From Dicyema japonicum (lineage: Eukaryota; Animalia; Dicyemida), in contig RDEW01000031.1 in assembly GCA_011109175.1 (NCBI GenBank), positions 380,807 to 444,806 on the forward strand: a DNA stretch of 64,000 nucleotides. Reading direction: 5' to 3'. The translations under genes and the position numbers were made by a program. How positions within the stretch are numbered: the first letter of the stretch is position 1; each line of letters opens with the position of its first letter. Shown here in pieces: positions 11,200-23,820 of the stretch. The notes under the pieces were generated by a model. The model was not told the DNA's origin, searched no databases, and worked only from the letters and a program-made list of their open reading frames with translations.

Positions 11200-12670
11200 G
11201 AATTCTTTGTAAGAAACGATATGTCTGTCCATCGGGAGCGACCACATTCCGCAAGAGATGACACTGAACCTGGCTCCGGACACTACGGAGTCAGTGTTCA
11301 CAATATATGACCTTTCAACGATAAATTGGGAACACTACAGAAGATACATATCTAGGACCTCAAAAACTGGAAGGAGGGACCTTATTCCCGAAGTGATATT
11401 GATATCATGGACAGATACCTCTCAATTGTTATGAAGCGATACTTGTCACTTACGCCAGGCGGAGACTGTCCGTGCTGAGTGCAAGAAGAACATTGATTTT
11501 CCCCCTTTTACGTTAACTCTGATTGAAGAGAGAAACTACTAGATGGACTCGATTACATTGACCGGTCAACTAAAGATAAATCAAAAAGCCATTGAAAGAG
11601 AAAAGACTAACTCTAGAACAGTTTGAAGTCGAGGCAAGCACTAAACACAAGACCCTCGTTCTGGAAGATTTACAAAAGAATAACTAGCCAGAAAAAGAAG
11701 GATATGAAAATCTTTTTGAACAAGCCAGAAGGTGGGTCATATTCTGCGGAAGAAGCCCCATAATATCTTTAAGAAGCAACTAGACCGTATCCAGGGAGTC
11801 GACCCAATGGAGTTGATCCCGAGGGAAGAATTGGAGCGTTACAAGAACTTCTTACCTATTCTCCGGATGATCTCAAAGATACCAATATGAGGATAACGAC
11901 AGAGGACGTTGATTGCATCAGAGCATGCAAAGCTAACGCTCCTGACATGATCATATTAGCATAGAATGTTCAAGGAAGGTCCAGAGGATTTGTTGCACGT
12001 GCTAAAGAACTTATTTAACGCAAGCATTGATCATGGATATGTCCTAAGACGCTGGAAACCTCTATTGTCAGGATGATACTTAAACCAGGGAGGGACTACT
12101 TAACTATAGGCCGATCAGCCTGATTTGCCCTCTATCTCCAAGATTGCTGAGAGAATTATCTTCAAGAGACTAAACGAGCACATGGAAGAGAGTTGCTTCC
12201 TCCTCGCGGAACAATGTAGCTTCAGACTTTGGAAGTCCTGCACGGATTGTATCCACCACATGCATTCGATGGTACTGAGAGGACTGGAATTCAAGAGCAA
12301 GTCAACCTGTGTGTTTGGACCTGTCCAAGGCATTCGATAGCGTGCGGCATGAAGCCCTCCTATCAAGGCTAGCAGCTGCTGACATCCAAAAGAATCTCTT
12401 CACATGGATAAAGACTTCCTAACAGGACGGACTTCCCGAGTACGTGTTGAGGGAAATATGTCATGAGATATCCTATTGAAGAGGGGCGTTCCACATGGCT
12501 CTGTCTTGAGCCCACTTTTTGTTCAATGTTTTGTCAGACTTCCCTACTCCGCCGGATGCGAACACCAAATTGTTAATATGATGGGTATAGAAACATACAT
12601 ATTAGAAAGAAAAATCAAGTTTTTCACTAATCAAGTGAGGACCTTGGTAAAATGTTCCACTTACCCATAG
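11200..12670 (+). mobile_element. Jockey-like LINE relic (RT domains, frameshifted)
   Basis: YRPISLICPLSKIAERIIFKRLNEHMEE..LLAEQCSFR and GVPHGSVLSPLF motifs. Confidence 0.65.
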
Positions 12671-12819
12671 GACCCCTTAAAATCAATTTTTATGGGATTT
12701 AAAAAAGATGACTTTTTTACCTAAAGATGTCAAACATATTGTAAAATATCTCGTGATGTTTATTGATGAACTTATCCAAAACCTGAAAAAAATTTATCGG
12801 AGGCCATTTTGAATGGGAA

Positions 12820-13318
12820 CCCGAAATTTTGATTTTTTTATATTATGGTTAAAATGCGATTTGGAGATTATTCGGCGATATGAGTCACGTATCCTGTGAC
12901 GGTAGGATCTATGAAAATTAATGCTAATGCTTTAAGAATTCAACGCATTGTAAATGACTTCGATAATCGCGAAATTTTTTGATTATTTAAAAGCATTACC
13001 TATAATTTAGCATTTTAGAAATTAACACAATGTTTTGTTAATAATTGTCATAAACTTGTTTTCTAAAAATTATATTATCATAAATATTCATTTAAAGTTT
13101 AGTTTAGTCAATAATCAGTAAGATAATCAATAATTTTTCTATCACTTTAACCAATACACACACGTGTGGTGCATATCGTTGATTAAAATTTAACACTATT
13201 TGGAGAATTGAAGTTTTCAAATTTCTTCTATCTTGGGGATCTGGCCACGTGACTCATATCGTCAAATTAATCTCCAAAATCACATTTTAATGGTAATATA
13301 AAAAAATCAAAATTTCGA
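12820..13318. repeat. MITE-like element with ~75-bp imperfect inverted arms
   Basis: 12820-12890 (CGAAATTTTTGATTTTTTTATATT...AAAATGCGATTTGGAGATTA..CGATATGAGTCACGT) is the reverse complement of ~13245-13318. The interior is AT-rich and non-coding; the true termini are unresolved. Confidence 0.6.
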
Positions 13319-13429
13319 CTCTTCTTTCAAGAACCTACGTGGTCGCTTGAATTTACAGGCGATGAATTTACCTAGAACCCGTTAAAAAATACCCTTTAAA
13401 CTAACTTCTGGTTACTGTTTGAATAAAGT

Positions 13430-13862
13430 GTTTCCTTTCCTTTGTAACATTCGTCCAATTGCTCTTCAACTTTAATCTATTGATGAAGGAAATCAAACAT
13501 TTTCGTAAATGATAACATACTTTTGGGCGTTTAATATTTCATCTATAAAAATGTTCACTCCTTGCGATGAAAAACTTTATTCCCATAGTCTGTAAATCAT
13601 CCACCAAGATGTTTCGGGTGATTCTCGGTTCATTGCCACAATTCTTTTCATCTTGTGAGAGAACGGCTAGATAGTTTTTGGATGCGCCAGATCTTGATTT
13701 ATTTGAAACAATCCCTCGTTCTTTCAGCTGAATGTTATATTTCTCACTGAACTTTTAGGAATGCTGAATAGTTTTGAAATTTCTTTTATAACTTTTTTTA
13801 TCTATGTGAGACTCCACGACCATCTGTTTTAGCTCAATGGAATATTCTTTTCGTTTTCCCAT
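13430..13862 (-). mobile_element. Tc1 transposase, internally deleted/frameshifted
   Basis: MGKRKEYSIELKQMVVESHIDKKSYKEISKLFSIPKSSVRNI (paired-like HTH), jumping to IDEILNAQKYV (DDE region). Confidence 0.7.
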
Positions 13863-14779
13863 AAGCATATGAATTACTTAGTTCCATATGTGCCGGACTC
13901 TTATCTATCCATCTACACTACCGTAGTTCTTGAGGTCGTCTCCCGTTTTCATTTTCTACCAAATTGGCATATCCTGATCAAACCATAAAGGAAATTCTAG
14001 TTCTCATTCACTCCACGAAAACCCCCAGTTACATTTCGCATATAAAAAATATGCGCCAGCGAGATTTTGCTCCCTCACTTATCAACCCCCATTTAAATAT
14101 CCATGATCCTTCCATTAATTTGGTAATAACTTTTCACAAACAAGCACATGGATAGCAAAAGTCCTCTAAAATAGCGTTCTCTCCATTCTGAGGACACAAG
14201 AGAGTTTAGAGTGTGTATTCTCCAAAATTGGTGTACCCACTCTCTTTTAACTTCAGCCATCGAAAACATCATTTTTCTGATAACTGAATTATGAGACTTC
14301 CATGCCTGAGTGATGGATCAACTTGAAGGCTGTTCGATTTGAGGTGTTGGCACTCAAGTCCTGACACTCTGAGGCATATAGACGGTCCACAGAGACAACA
14401 ACCACCCACCAGGACGTTTTAATAATCTTTACTAGAAATATATTGCAGGTTATGTATACCAGAGTTTCTGCATTTTGTGGATACCTTTCAATCGTCCTTA
14501 TTTCCCCTCGGTGATGACTGACAGTTGGCAAGGACATAATCAAATTAAAACATTATTGCATTATCTTCGCCATCCCTCACGCTGTACGGTATTTTGTCTC
14601 CAAGTTTATAATAGGCAGAATCATGGTGAAATCGTTGGCTTCTGACTGCGAATCCTAATCCTGAAATCCAATACCAGTTCAATTACTGTTGTTGTAGTTG
14701 ATGGCTTCGAGCAAACTCCTTATCTTCAATAAAATAGTTAAACTCAGTGATGATTACATCTGGGGGATGTCCAATTGTG

Positions 14780-14990
14780 AATGTTTTTCGATTATCCTTT
14801 TCGTTAGTCTTCTCCATCCTTTTCTGTGTCGTGCTCGTTTCCTGATTTCTTCCAGATCGTCTACATCCATCAGTCGGCCCCGATCACTCCGTAGTCCTCC
14901 GCAAGTCTCTTGGACGTCTTCTAAATGCAGGAGATACAGCATGGCCGAATAATTCTTCCATGGCGGCATTGCATGGTGTCTGTTCACCCA
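14780..14990 (-). mobile_element. RTE-clade LINE 3' fragment
   Basis: ORF 14754-14987 reads DRGRLMDVDDLEEIRKRARHRKGWRRLTKRII. Confidence 0.65.
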
Positions 14991-15119
14991 TCCGTAGAAT
15001 ATTTCAAAAAAGGCGCCAGCGGACTTTAAGTACGTTCAGACTAATTGGTCCACAATCAGTCTATCTGTATAATGTATTGTTTGAGATTTTTTTGGCCAAG
15101 AGTATCCAATGTATTATTA

Positions 15120-15850
15120 GTTAGTTAAGTAACCCCAGCCTCACTAACTTGTAGGAGGCCAACAGCTATTAAGTAGGACGCAGCAGATGTTGGTCGCTCC
15201 CATAGATCGGTCAGTCCCGGCATTGTAGAGAAACGTTGTGCCAATTCATGACATTCAAATAGGTGATTTGTTGTTAGCACGTGGAGGTTGCAAAAGGGGC
15301 AGAGTATATCATATGTTGGTAGATATGGGTGGTGCCCACATCGTAGACGAGCCATATTTACTCGCACGTCCCTTGAAAGAAAGGATTCTGATTAGTCTAT
15401 TGGAGGAGGGGGTCCCTGTAATATTTTATTGTCTCCGAGTCTTCGGATGCTTCTCGTAGAAACAAAATCGTGTATCTGTTTCAGACGACTCCTGTCATTG
15501 GGGATGGAAGGAATGGATGATAACATTCGAGACAAATCACTGGTTGTCATAATAATTTTCCTTTTGTTTTGCGGCTTGCATAGGGAGTGGCAGGGTATTA
15601 TAACTATATTATTATTAAAAACTAAAAATCACCGACAAATTAAATAACTACATAGCCGTATACGTGTTTTGATGGCGGATGGCCGAAAACCACATAGCCG
15701 TCGAGTAGCCATCTCATTCTTGCTAGGTGTTCTTCCCGGGTTCCAACGCATTTCCGGATTGGGCGGGGGTTTCTAACTTTTTTGGAGGGTAGTAAGGATC
15801 CGGTTTTCCTCACTAATTCTTCAAAAAGTGTAGGGTTTAGAGGTGTCCAA
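15120..15850 (-). mobile_element. Non-LTR element 3' part with C-terminal CCHC knuckle
   Basis: ARLRCGHHPYL...CPFCNLHVLTTNHLFEC...DLWERPTSAASYL, followed by a (TAAC)n/TAATAA tail near 15120. Confidence 0.65.
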
Positions 15851-15999
15851 GAAATATAAAATGGTATTTATAACTTTATAAAATATTCAAAAATTTTTAT
15901 TAAATTTTTAATTAATTTTAAATGTTACCTTATTAAATCGTTGTGGGATTAATGCAAAAAAATCTCCGACCGATAGCTTTATATATATTGGTTGAAGTG

Positions 16000-16602
16000 G
16001 TGACGTGCTTCTGTTTTTCCCCGGAAAAATTATGTCTTTATCATGTTTACATTCAAACTCCTTGTTCACCATCGCACATACAACGTTCGAGGCCTCTCAT
16101 CTTTTACCAAGAGGGAACAACTATCTAAGATCTGTCACGTTACAAAATTGACATCTGCTGCTTACAAGAGACAAAGAATGCCCTTGGATACGAAGGAACC
16201 TTTAGAAATTACCAGATTATTTTACTCCCATCAGACAATCGTCATGACCCCGTAATAAGAGAATTGTCGGAACAGCAGAAGGAAACACGTTCGGAACTGG
16301 GAAGTTCAAATTCGAATAAAAGTGCATTAAAGAGAAAACGTAATCAAATATCACATTTGATAAGAAAACGATCGAATGACCTCTGGCACAAATATTTGGA
16401 CGATAAGGCCACTGAAATTGAAAACTGTCTGTTTTGGAAGACTAATGTTGGCGAAAATGGCGGTAAAGCATGGCCCAAGCGAAATCCTTTTAGGGCTACG
16501 CGAAGGAGCTTTTAACTAACTATAGCTTTATATTTCCATTCTAAAGGCACATTGAAGATCATTCAGACCCACGTGATGGTTTTCGGGCCATTAAAACACG
16601 TA
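16000..16602 (+). mobile_element. LINE fragment (EN-RT linker), interrupted by the pogo element at 16605
   Basis: KRKRNQISHLIRKRSNDLWHKYLDD...FWKT linker. It shares GGTTTTCGG-CCAT-AAAACACGTATAC with the reverse complement of 15655-15690. Confidence 0.45.
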
Positions 16603-16604
16603 TA

Positions 16605-17627
16605 CAGTTTACCCTCTGTTGCTCGCCAATTCTATTGGTCGCCATTTCTATAACTCGCCATTTTTTGGAAAAAATCCAATTTTACTAAGGAAATCCATTG
16701 CTCGCCAAATTCTCTTACTCGTTTTAGTATTAGAAAATTAAAATTTATTATTAAAAAAATAATTTTTTTCATGGTGAATTGGGATATACTGCGGATGAGT
16801 TTAAAATAGAAATTGAAGACTTTAAAAAATTATCTTCTCAAAAATAAATGAATATGCTGCCGAAAATGTTTATAATGCTGACGAAACTGGTGTGTTTTAC
16901 AAGACTATTCCTTCAAAAAGTGTATGCAGGAGACGCAGATCAGGACAGAAATTACTTAAAGATCGGTTTAAAATTTTTTAGCTAATCTTCAGATTTTCAT
17001 TAATGCTTTGAGCAAATATGACTGGATCTGATAAAAGAACCCCATTGATGATCGGAAACTATAAGAAACCAAGATGTTTCAACAACATGAACGTTGATAA
17101 ATATTTACAATACCACAATTCTTCAAAGGCTTGGATAAAAATGCAACTTTTCAACGAATAGTTGTATAAATGGGACATGAATCTCAAACAAAAATAAAGA
17201 AGGATACTTTTGGTTGTAGACCATTGTCCTCATAAAAAACAATCGAATTAAGTATGATAAAAGTTTTATATTTACCAAAAAACAAGACGACTGTGCTTCA
17301 ACCGATGGATCAAAGGATTATTAGATCATTCTAATTCTATTTTAACAAATTTAAATTTAAACATATTATGTAAAAAATAAATTATAGTGAAGAAAATATT
17401 GAATATTATAAAAATTAACGCTAAAGGATGGAGTCTTATTTTCTCATCTTGCCTGGAAAAATGTGTTGTGGATAATGTTTATAGTCACTCAAATAGATTT
17501 TAAAAAATTATACAAAAATTTTTGTTTAAATAGAAGATACGATATCGATTATTTCTATTACTCGCCAAATTTTCTTAGTCGCCAATTTTTGCTTGGTCTC
17601 AAAAATGGCGAGCAATAGAGGGTAACT
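16605..17627 (+). mobile_element. pogo/Tigger element with both TIRs and degraded DDE_1 transposase
   Basis: Left TA|CAGTTTACCCTCTGTTGCTCGCCA and right TGGCGAGCAATAGAGGGTAACT|TA; subterminal CTCGCCA repeats; internal NVYNADETGVFYK and LLVVDHCP..H motifs. Confidence 0.8.
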
Positions 17628-18443
17628 TAGATGAGCTTGTATTGACTTTTCAATAGCCAAGATTGTTTTCTGTCTCCCAGATATAGTTTCTTCAGACTCA
17701 AATTTCCAAAGCCACACCTCAATAGCCTCTTACTGGAGCACTACCTTTTTTATAACTTGCCATGTACTGCCGGTTTATGCTCACCGAACCATAGACTTTA
17801 TTCTCCCTCAGAACATGGTGGATCAATCTCAGCATACTCTAATTGTTCAGAGTGACCAATATGCCAAGATACTTAGATGCCTCATATTCACCTAACACTA
17901 AGTCGTCGTAAATGGGACCATTAGTTGCTTATTCGACATAATTCAACTATCATGGCATGGATAGTCATTTATTTGAGGATCTGTTTTAAAAACAGAAAAA
18001 AGAGTAGCGATAAAATTCTTAGTGAAATCCTCTCTCTCAGGGTTGAACTCCCTATAGCTCTTTTTGTTGCAATGTAGTCGAAGCCATTTTCAGTTAACCA
18101 TAGAAGCTGTGAACAGAGCAGACATTTAGCTTTACCGTGCAATCTTTAAGGCACTTGTGATTAATCTAATCGAATGACTTCCTAAACCCACGTTGCCTTC
18201 AACTCATCACATCGTCTATAAAGGACATACATTCAACAAGAAGAATAAAGGTAGTGAAGAGAATTCCTTGGTTCTCCCTCTGCGATTAGTTATAATAAAC
18301 GTCATTTACTTAAATAAACTGTGTCCTGCCTGAGCAGAGCTACAGCTAATATGGCTCTGCGTATAAGTGCAGAGGACCTTGTTAGGATGACGACCATACG
18401 ATTTATCTCCCTCCTGCATTTACAGTGATGCAAGCGTTTAGAG

Positions 18444-19344
18444 CAGAGCTTTTCAAAAAATAATTCTCACGGCACATTAATCGTAAAAAATAATCCACGG
18501 CACACATTAAAAAATAAAAAAATTAATTTTTTAAGATGTGTAAAACTAAGTACAAAAATTGGTAATTTAATGCCAAAATTTTTATTAATAAAAAAATGAA
18601 TTCTTAATTATTATTGTTTTTGCATATATCATCAATATCAGGTCGAATGGTTAACAAAGGCACTCGCATTTCAGCACAAATCCGACAAGAAACAGTGTTA
18701 TCTGACAAAGGTATCTTCATTATTTTTTGTTCAAATTTATGACCAAACATAGTCCGAGCAATAATACGACAAGCAGGATCAAGTTTTCGCCAATATTGTG
18801 AGGTTTTAGTTCACTTCTGAGATCAGGTATGAACATTTCAATGATTCCTTTGTGTTTAAAAAAGTTTCACTGAACATCATTTGACTAGATCTACGATTCA
18901 TGGTAAAAACCAAATAATACTTAAGTTGTTTTTTTCAAATGGATAAAATAATCCACAGATTTTTCGGAATAGTCCGGATGCTTGGAAGTAAAATGTCTCT
19001 TTAGTTTGCTAGGAACCATAGCATCACTTGCCAAAAATCCATGCAAATTAGACATTGAGGTAGTTTATTTTTATCTTTGCATATACATCCAAATGACAAA
19101 TAAGAATCTTTATAAGAACGACGAACTGATTTACCCATAAGCTCGTTGATGCGCACGTTATTAAAAAATTAATAAATAATGGTTAACCAATGTAAATGTC
19201 ATTTAATGTATAATAAAAAAATGATTATTTTAATTTTAGTAATTATTTTAATTCGTTTATCTTTTTAAATTAATTAGGTCAAAAATGTATATAAATTTAT
19301 TCAAATTTGTATTTGGCAGGCGGCACACCGTTTGATAACCTCTG
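18444..19344 (-). mobile_element. Internally deleted hAT (Charlie/Buster-type) element, 901 bp, with perfect 8-bp TSD
   Basis: TIRs CAGAGCTTTTCAAA / TTTGATAACCTCTG; TSD GTTTAGAG at 18436-18443 and 19345-19352. Minus frames give HNIGENLIL, KIPLSDNTVSCRI fused to MRVPLLTIRPDIDDICK. Confidence 0.85.
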
Positions 19345-19559
19345 GTTTAGAGTGTAAGATATCGGGAAAAACATCGAATGATGCTACTAAGGGAAGTAAC
19401 GAAGCACGTGTCTTTCTTTTTTATAATTTAAAGTTTCGAATGCTGCGGAATTGCAACAAGAAACAAAGTTCCTCTAGATTTTTTTGTATTCAAGGCTACA
19501 GTCAATTTTAGCAGAAAATTCTGTAAAGGGCAATGTTGCATATGTTGAATTAGAGAATT

Positions 19560-19860
19560 TATTTATTAACTCCGGGATCACCGAGAAAGATAGACAAAGT
19601 AAAGTCAACTAGTTAGGTGATCCCAGTTCCCGCAACCAAACATGTCATCCTAAGCATGTGCGTCTCCATTGTTCCCATTGTTAAAAGGAATGCCTTCTTT
19701 GATCCTTGCAGAGGAAGCCGATTGGGAAAAGAAATTTCTTAGCCAACCGATTTTTTTTTGCGTGGAAGTGAGAGGCTTAGTGGGTGTCCATCTTCCTCGC
19801 AAATGCGGAGAAATCCGGAACCACATCTACGAGTTGTAGATTCCGTCAGCAGGGGAGGTA
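19560..19860 (-). mobile_element. LINE family A 3' fragment
   Basis: Reverse complement aligns with 38250-38545, including the terminal GGGATCACC...GGTGATCCC hairpin and A-rich tail. Confidence 0.75.
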
Positions 19861-20409
19861 TTTAGAGAATGAAAATGACGGTATTTCCGATGAAATGGAA
19901 ATAATTATCGATGATATTGAAAATATTGATTTAATAAATTCTTAAACGTTTTTTTTATTCGATTATTTTTTGGCATGGTTATTTTCGTAAAACACCGGTA
20001 GTTCAGAAAGTGTCTAACATTACTCCCGTTCCAGCATGTACCCAAGCAACAATTTAGTGGTGTACAGTCAGGTGACACCCACATTGGTTACTTTTAACTC
20101 AGAAAACAACAAAGACAACAAAACATTACCCATTTACGTACAGCCATCAAATGGACTGCACTTGTGGAACCGAACCCTATTTGCCTATCAAAGCCCACAA
20201 AAAGAAATCCTTGTGGGAACCGACCCCACACCTAAATAAGACGCGAGCGACATCACCAACCACTAGTATCTGCCTATGACGTTGGCCACGTGTTTCCAAT
20301 ATCCCAATTTTCATTGTACCACCTTTGATCTTTCATTAAGAATCCCATATAAATTATTGATTTTCAATACTTCAAAGAAATCAACGTTAATTAAAGGCCC
20401 AAGAGTTAA

Positions 20410-22445
20410 TTAGTTAATATGGGAGTAGCTACCAATGTACCTCCACCTATCTCCACTCAACGTGAAATACTAAAATAACAAAGCGGACGAAACCTTTGGT
20501 TTGTACTCAATATTTTTCTCCATTCTGTGCTTTCGTTCATTCCGCTGCTTCTCCTCCAATTTGCTCTTGTAGAAAGTCGCTTGAGTGATATCGTCCTTGA
20601 AGAGGTTCTTAGTCACATCGTACCACTGTCTAATAGAGAATTAGGTCAGAGTCACCTCCGGGATTCATTTGGCTCCTGGACTTTCAGTGGTTGAACGATT
20701 TTTTTCATTACCGGAGTACTTTTGCAGTCAAAAAAAACTTGTGGTTCCTAAATTCATAACACGGTTAACCTGGTCCTTGGAGTACGAAATCATCATGACT
20801 CCGTTCCATGTCCCCTTAATTGTGCAGAACGATGACTTATTCCCCGGCGCGAAAATCTCAGCGGTAATCTCGTTTTTAAGGTTCTTGTACATCGGCTAAA
20901 ACTCATCAAAGAGGCTGACCTTGGTATGAAAGTTCACGGAGGCTGAGTAACCAGTCGTAGCCTTTAATTCCACCTTCCCTCCAAGTTCAAACCACGGGAC
21001 CGTCAGTATGGATCTGCATAAGTCAGAGTTTCATGGAAACCTTGCATATCCTGAGGGAAATGAAATAGTGTATGTCTCATTATGCTCCTCTAATCTTATC
21101 TGAGTCTCCCCAATCATGTCAACTCCCACGGAAAATCCCATAAACCGCGATTTCGTCCAGATTTGTCCTTCAATCGAAAATTTTTTGTTTTTGTTTTCAG
21201 CAAAAAAGGCACTCACTAAACATAATTGGGTTGATCACCTGGGGGATGGTGTGATACCTGTTCTACCAGGAAGGTCATGTCCCCTTCAGTAGCCCAGGGG
21301 ACGGGTCCAGTCTTCGTCAAGTTCTCAGAGTCCTCCAACTTCCAGTAACACCTGAAGATTTCCCCCAAAATTGGATTGTAAGGTTTTTTGGCGATATCAG
21401 GATTTCTCCCGGCGTGGAAGCAACTTAGATAAGCTCTGACCATCTCCACCATACGATCACGTGGGTTATTAACATTTGTAATTCTACTCACAGCTTCACA
21501 TTACTTAACGTATCCTACCTAGCAAAAAAATCACAGTGGGAGAAGAAATCAGCCAGCATTTCCAGAAGAGACCGCCTCTCAAGGATAAACGTGGGCAGAG
21601 TTATCTTAGTGAGGTCCATCCCGACTTTGACTTGCTTTAGGAGGTGTTTTATCACACTCTGGTTAGAAGGGGAACTTGAACTATTGGTGGCTTTGTCCAC
21701 CCCATAGAGGATGTCCTCGTCCACTGCTTCATCATCAGATCTGGGTCTTATCAAGCAAAAATACTGTAAATTCACGCAGTCGACAAATTCAGAAGACTCT
21801 ACCCGGGAGATGGATTGACACGTGCTCTGATAACCTCTCAGGGTTTGATCGATGTCCGTAAAAATGACTGAGAGTTTACTGAGGTTACTCTAAGAATTCC
21901 GATGTGAGTTACCTGTAAGGAATCGACTATGAGGTTGGCGTCCCCCGGGTTTTCAATCGATGTCCTCAATTTCTTAAATTTTAATTTTTGTCTTACTAAG
22001 GTCTCCTCGTAGATGACTTCGATCAGAGATTTTCCAGATTGCACGTCATTGGAAACGATGTTGTAAATCTCAAAGGTGGATTCGACCGGCTTGACTTCTT
22101 CCAACTGGAAGATCACCTCTTCGATCTTGTTAACCCAACTCATTTTCTCGTCATTACTCTTGGCTTGGAAGTAGACGACCGAATTATCTGCCGTGGAAGT
22201 CAATGTGAAGCCACTATCTTCAACATCGTCTACTCCTACGAGGGAATCCTCGGGAATTTGCAAATAAATTTACTTTTAGTGAGAATCGTCCACGTGGGTT
22301 CTTCCTTTTAGCCTTATCTTTCGACTGAACTTATTATAACTAATACAGTAAAGTATGTTAGCTCTGATTGGTCAATGTCCAGTACAAAATATCTCTCCTG
22401 CCATCCATTCGCATCACTTGTCCATTTACTGAGGAATCCTTCCAT
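20410..22445 (-). CDS. OSBPL9: Oxysterol-binding protein-related protein 9-like (PH plus ORD domains), multiple mini-introns
   Basis: Spliced N-terminus [32 protein letters not shown]...[11 protein letters not shown] (ORP9-type PH). ORD motifs [61 protein letters not shown] and EQVSHHPP. The first two introns are 22 and 25 nt, and one is 35 nt. Confidence 0.9.
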
Positions 22446-23390
22446 TGCAGAAAAAACAATAAAAATTGATTTCTAAAATGATTTTGATTTTATTGTTAAA
22501 ATTATTTATTCAAATTAAATATTTTTATAAAATATTAATTTATTTTAAGATTTTTTATGAAAATTAATTTTCAATTTGATATGCGGTTTATTTTTTATTT
22601 TTTAACAAAATTATTTTTATTTTGTGGTTTCGTGGATTATATCTTTTTTTGGAAATCATAAAATTAGATTATTCGAGAGGTAAAAAGGAATACGATTTCT
22701 ATGGTGAAGTCAACGTGGCAAAATCAGTCACTGAGACAACAATAGCAATGTACCACGTGGATCAGTGATCTCTCTTTGAAGCTATTTTCTATGCTAAATT
22801 GTCGTAATTGTGGTTTTGTGAACAAAGGACAGTTATTCAGAAAATTTTAATTATTCTTGGATTAATTAAATTACTCCCCAAATCCTCTCCCTCTCAGAGA
22901 GCCCCTAGTATCTCCCGTAGACTATGTTTCCATTACATATTATTTATCTAGTGTCTGACACCTTGCTTAGTCCATCAAATGGAATCAATATTTTATTCAA
23001 TCATCGATATTGACTGATTATTAAGAATAGGCCGAGAATGCTGAATGTTTTAACTGGATTTCATCGGGGATCATCAAGGTTGAACGGGGGTCTGTCAGTG
23101 GGATGGTGTATTTAAGAATTTGATGTACTCTAAGTGTGTAATTTTCAAAATTTGTTTAAATTGATTTTTGTGGGATCAATTAGCATGCAATAATTTTAAT
23201 TGATTGAACTCATTAGGGGGATATACGATTATTGGGGAGTTCATATATCAAAATAATCATGGTTGATCAATTGAGTCTCTCAGGGACATTTTATCTATAT
23301 TGGAATTATCTGGATTTGATACTGGATACTGCGTGCATCCGAAAAGTCGGGTTACTGATGTCTCCCGAATCCATCACCTCGTCTATGTTT

Positions 23391-23460
23391 GGCCTTCTGG
23401 CTGAATGTAACGTCTGATGACATCGGATCTGAAGGTCGTGGGTTCAAATCCATAAGATGG
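23391..23460 (+). pseudogene. tRNA-Arg(UCG)-like head of SINE (not an intact tRNA)
   Basis: GGCCTTCTGGCTGAATG..CGTCTGA(TGA)CATCGGATCTGAAGGTCGTGGGTTCAAATCC versus the canonical Arg-UCG pattern GCGTCTGACTTCGGATCAGAAG..GGTTCGAGTCC. There is a 3-nt insertion in the anticodon arm and the acceptor stem is broken. Confidence 0.6.
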
Positions 23461-23820
23461 AGTTTTCAGCGAAGGTCAATTCTTGTCAAACAGATCTCAC
23501 CCGTGAGGCGACGAGTCCTTCTGGCACGACACAGTTGTTAAAAGGGATCTTCCTACCTTTCTCCCTGACCAAACCCTCTGATGAAGATTGCATTATAAGA
23601 AAACTATTCCGCTAAAGAATGAAGTGACGTGGGTCAAAAATGGAAGAGGGCGGACCTACTTCTCCACCTCCCTTCGGAAGCGGAAGCCTGTAATGAAGTA
23701 TTGGAAGATGGATTTGGTCGGCACAAGCAGATGTTTTCCCTTTGGTTCCTTCCTTGGATTAGTTAGTTATGACTGTTTGTGCTGGGCTTACAATGGTAAG
23801 CCTGGGTTAATAATAATAAT
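23391..23820 (+). mobile_element. tRNA-Arg-derived SINE (~430 bp) with hairpin plus (TAA)n tail
   Basis: The head resembles tRNA-Arg(UCG). Homologous copies lie at 27765-28100 and 53130-53480. The 3' end is GGGCTTAC-AATG-GTAAGCCT-GGGTTAATAATAATAA. Confidence 0.7.

Noticed and set aside
15668-15712. Nested hairpin GATGGC-G-GATGGC...GCCGTC-GAGTA-GCCATC as a possible ribozyme or tRNA head
   Set aside because: It lies inside a LINE relic whose homologous segment at 16575-16602 lacks the hairpin, and no ribozyme core or tRNA B-box follows.
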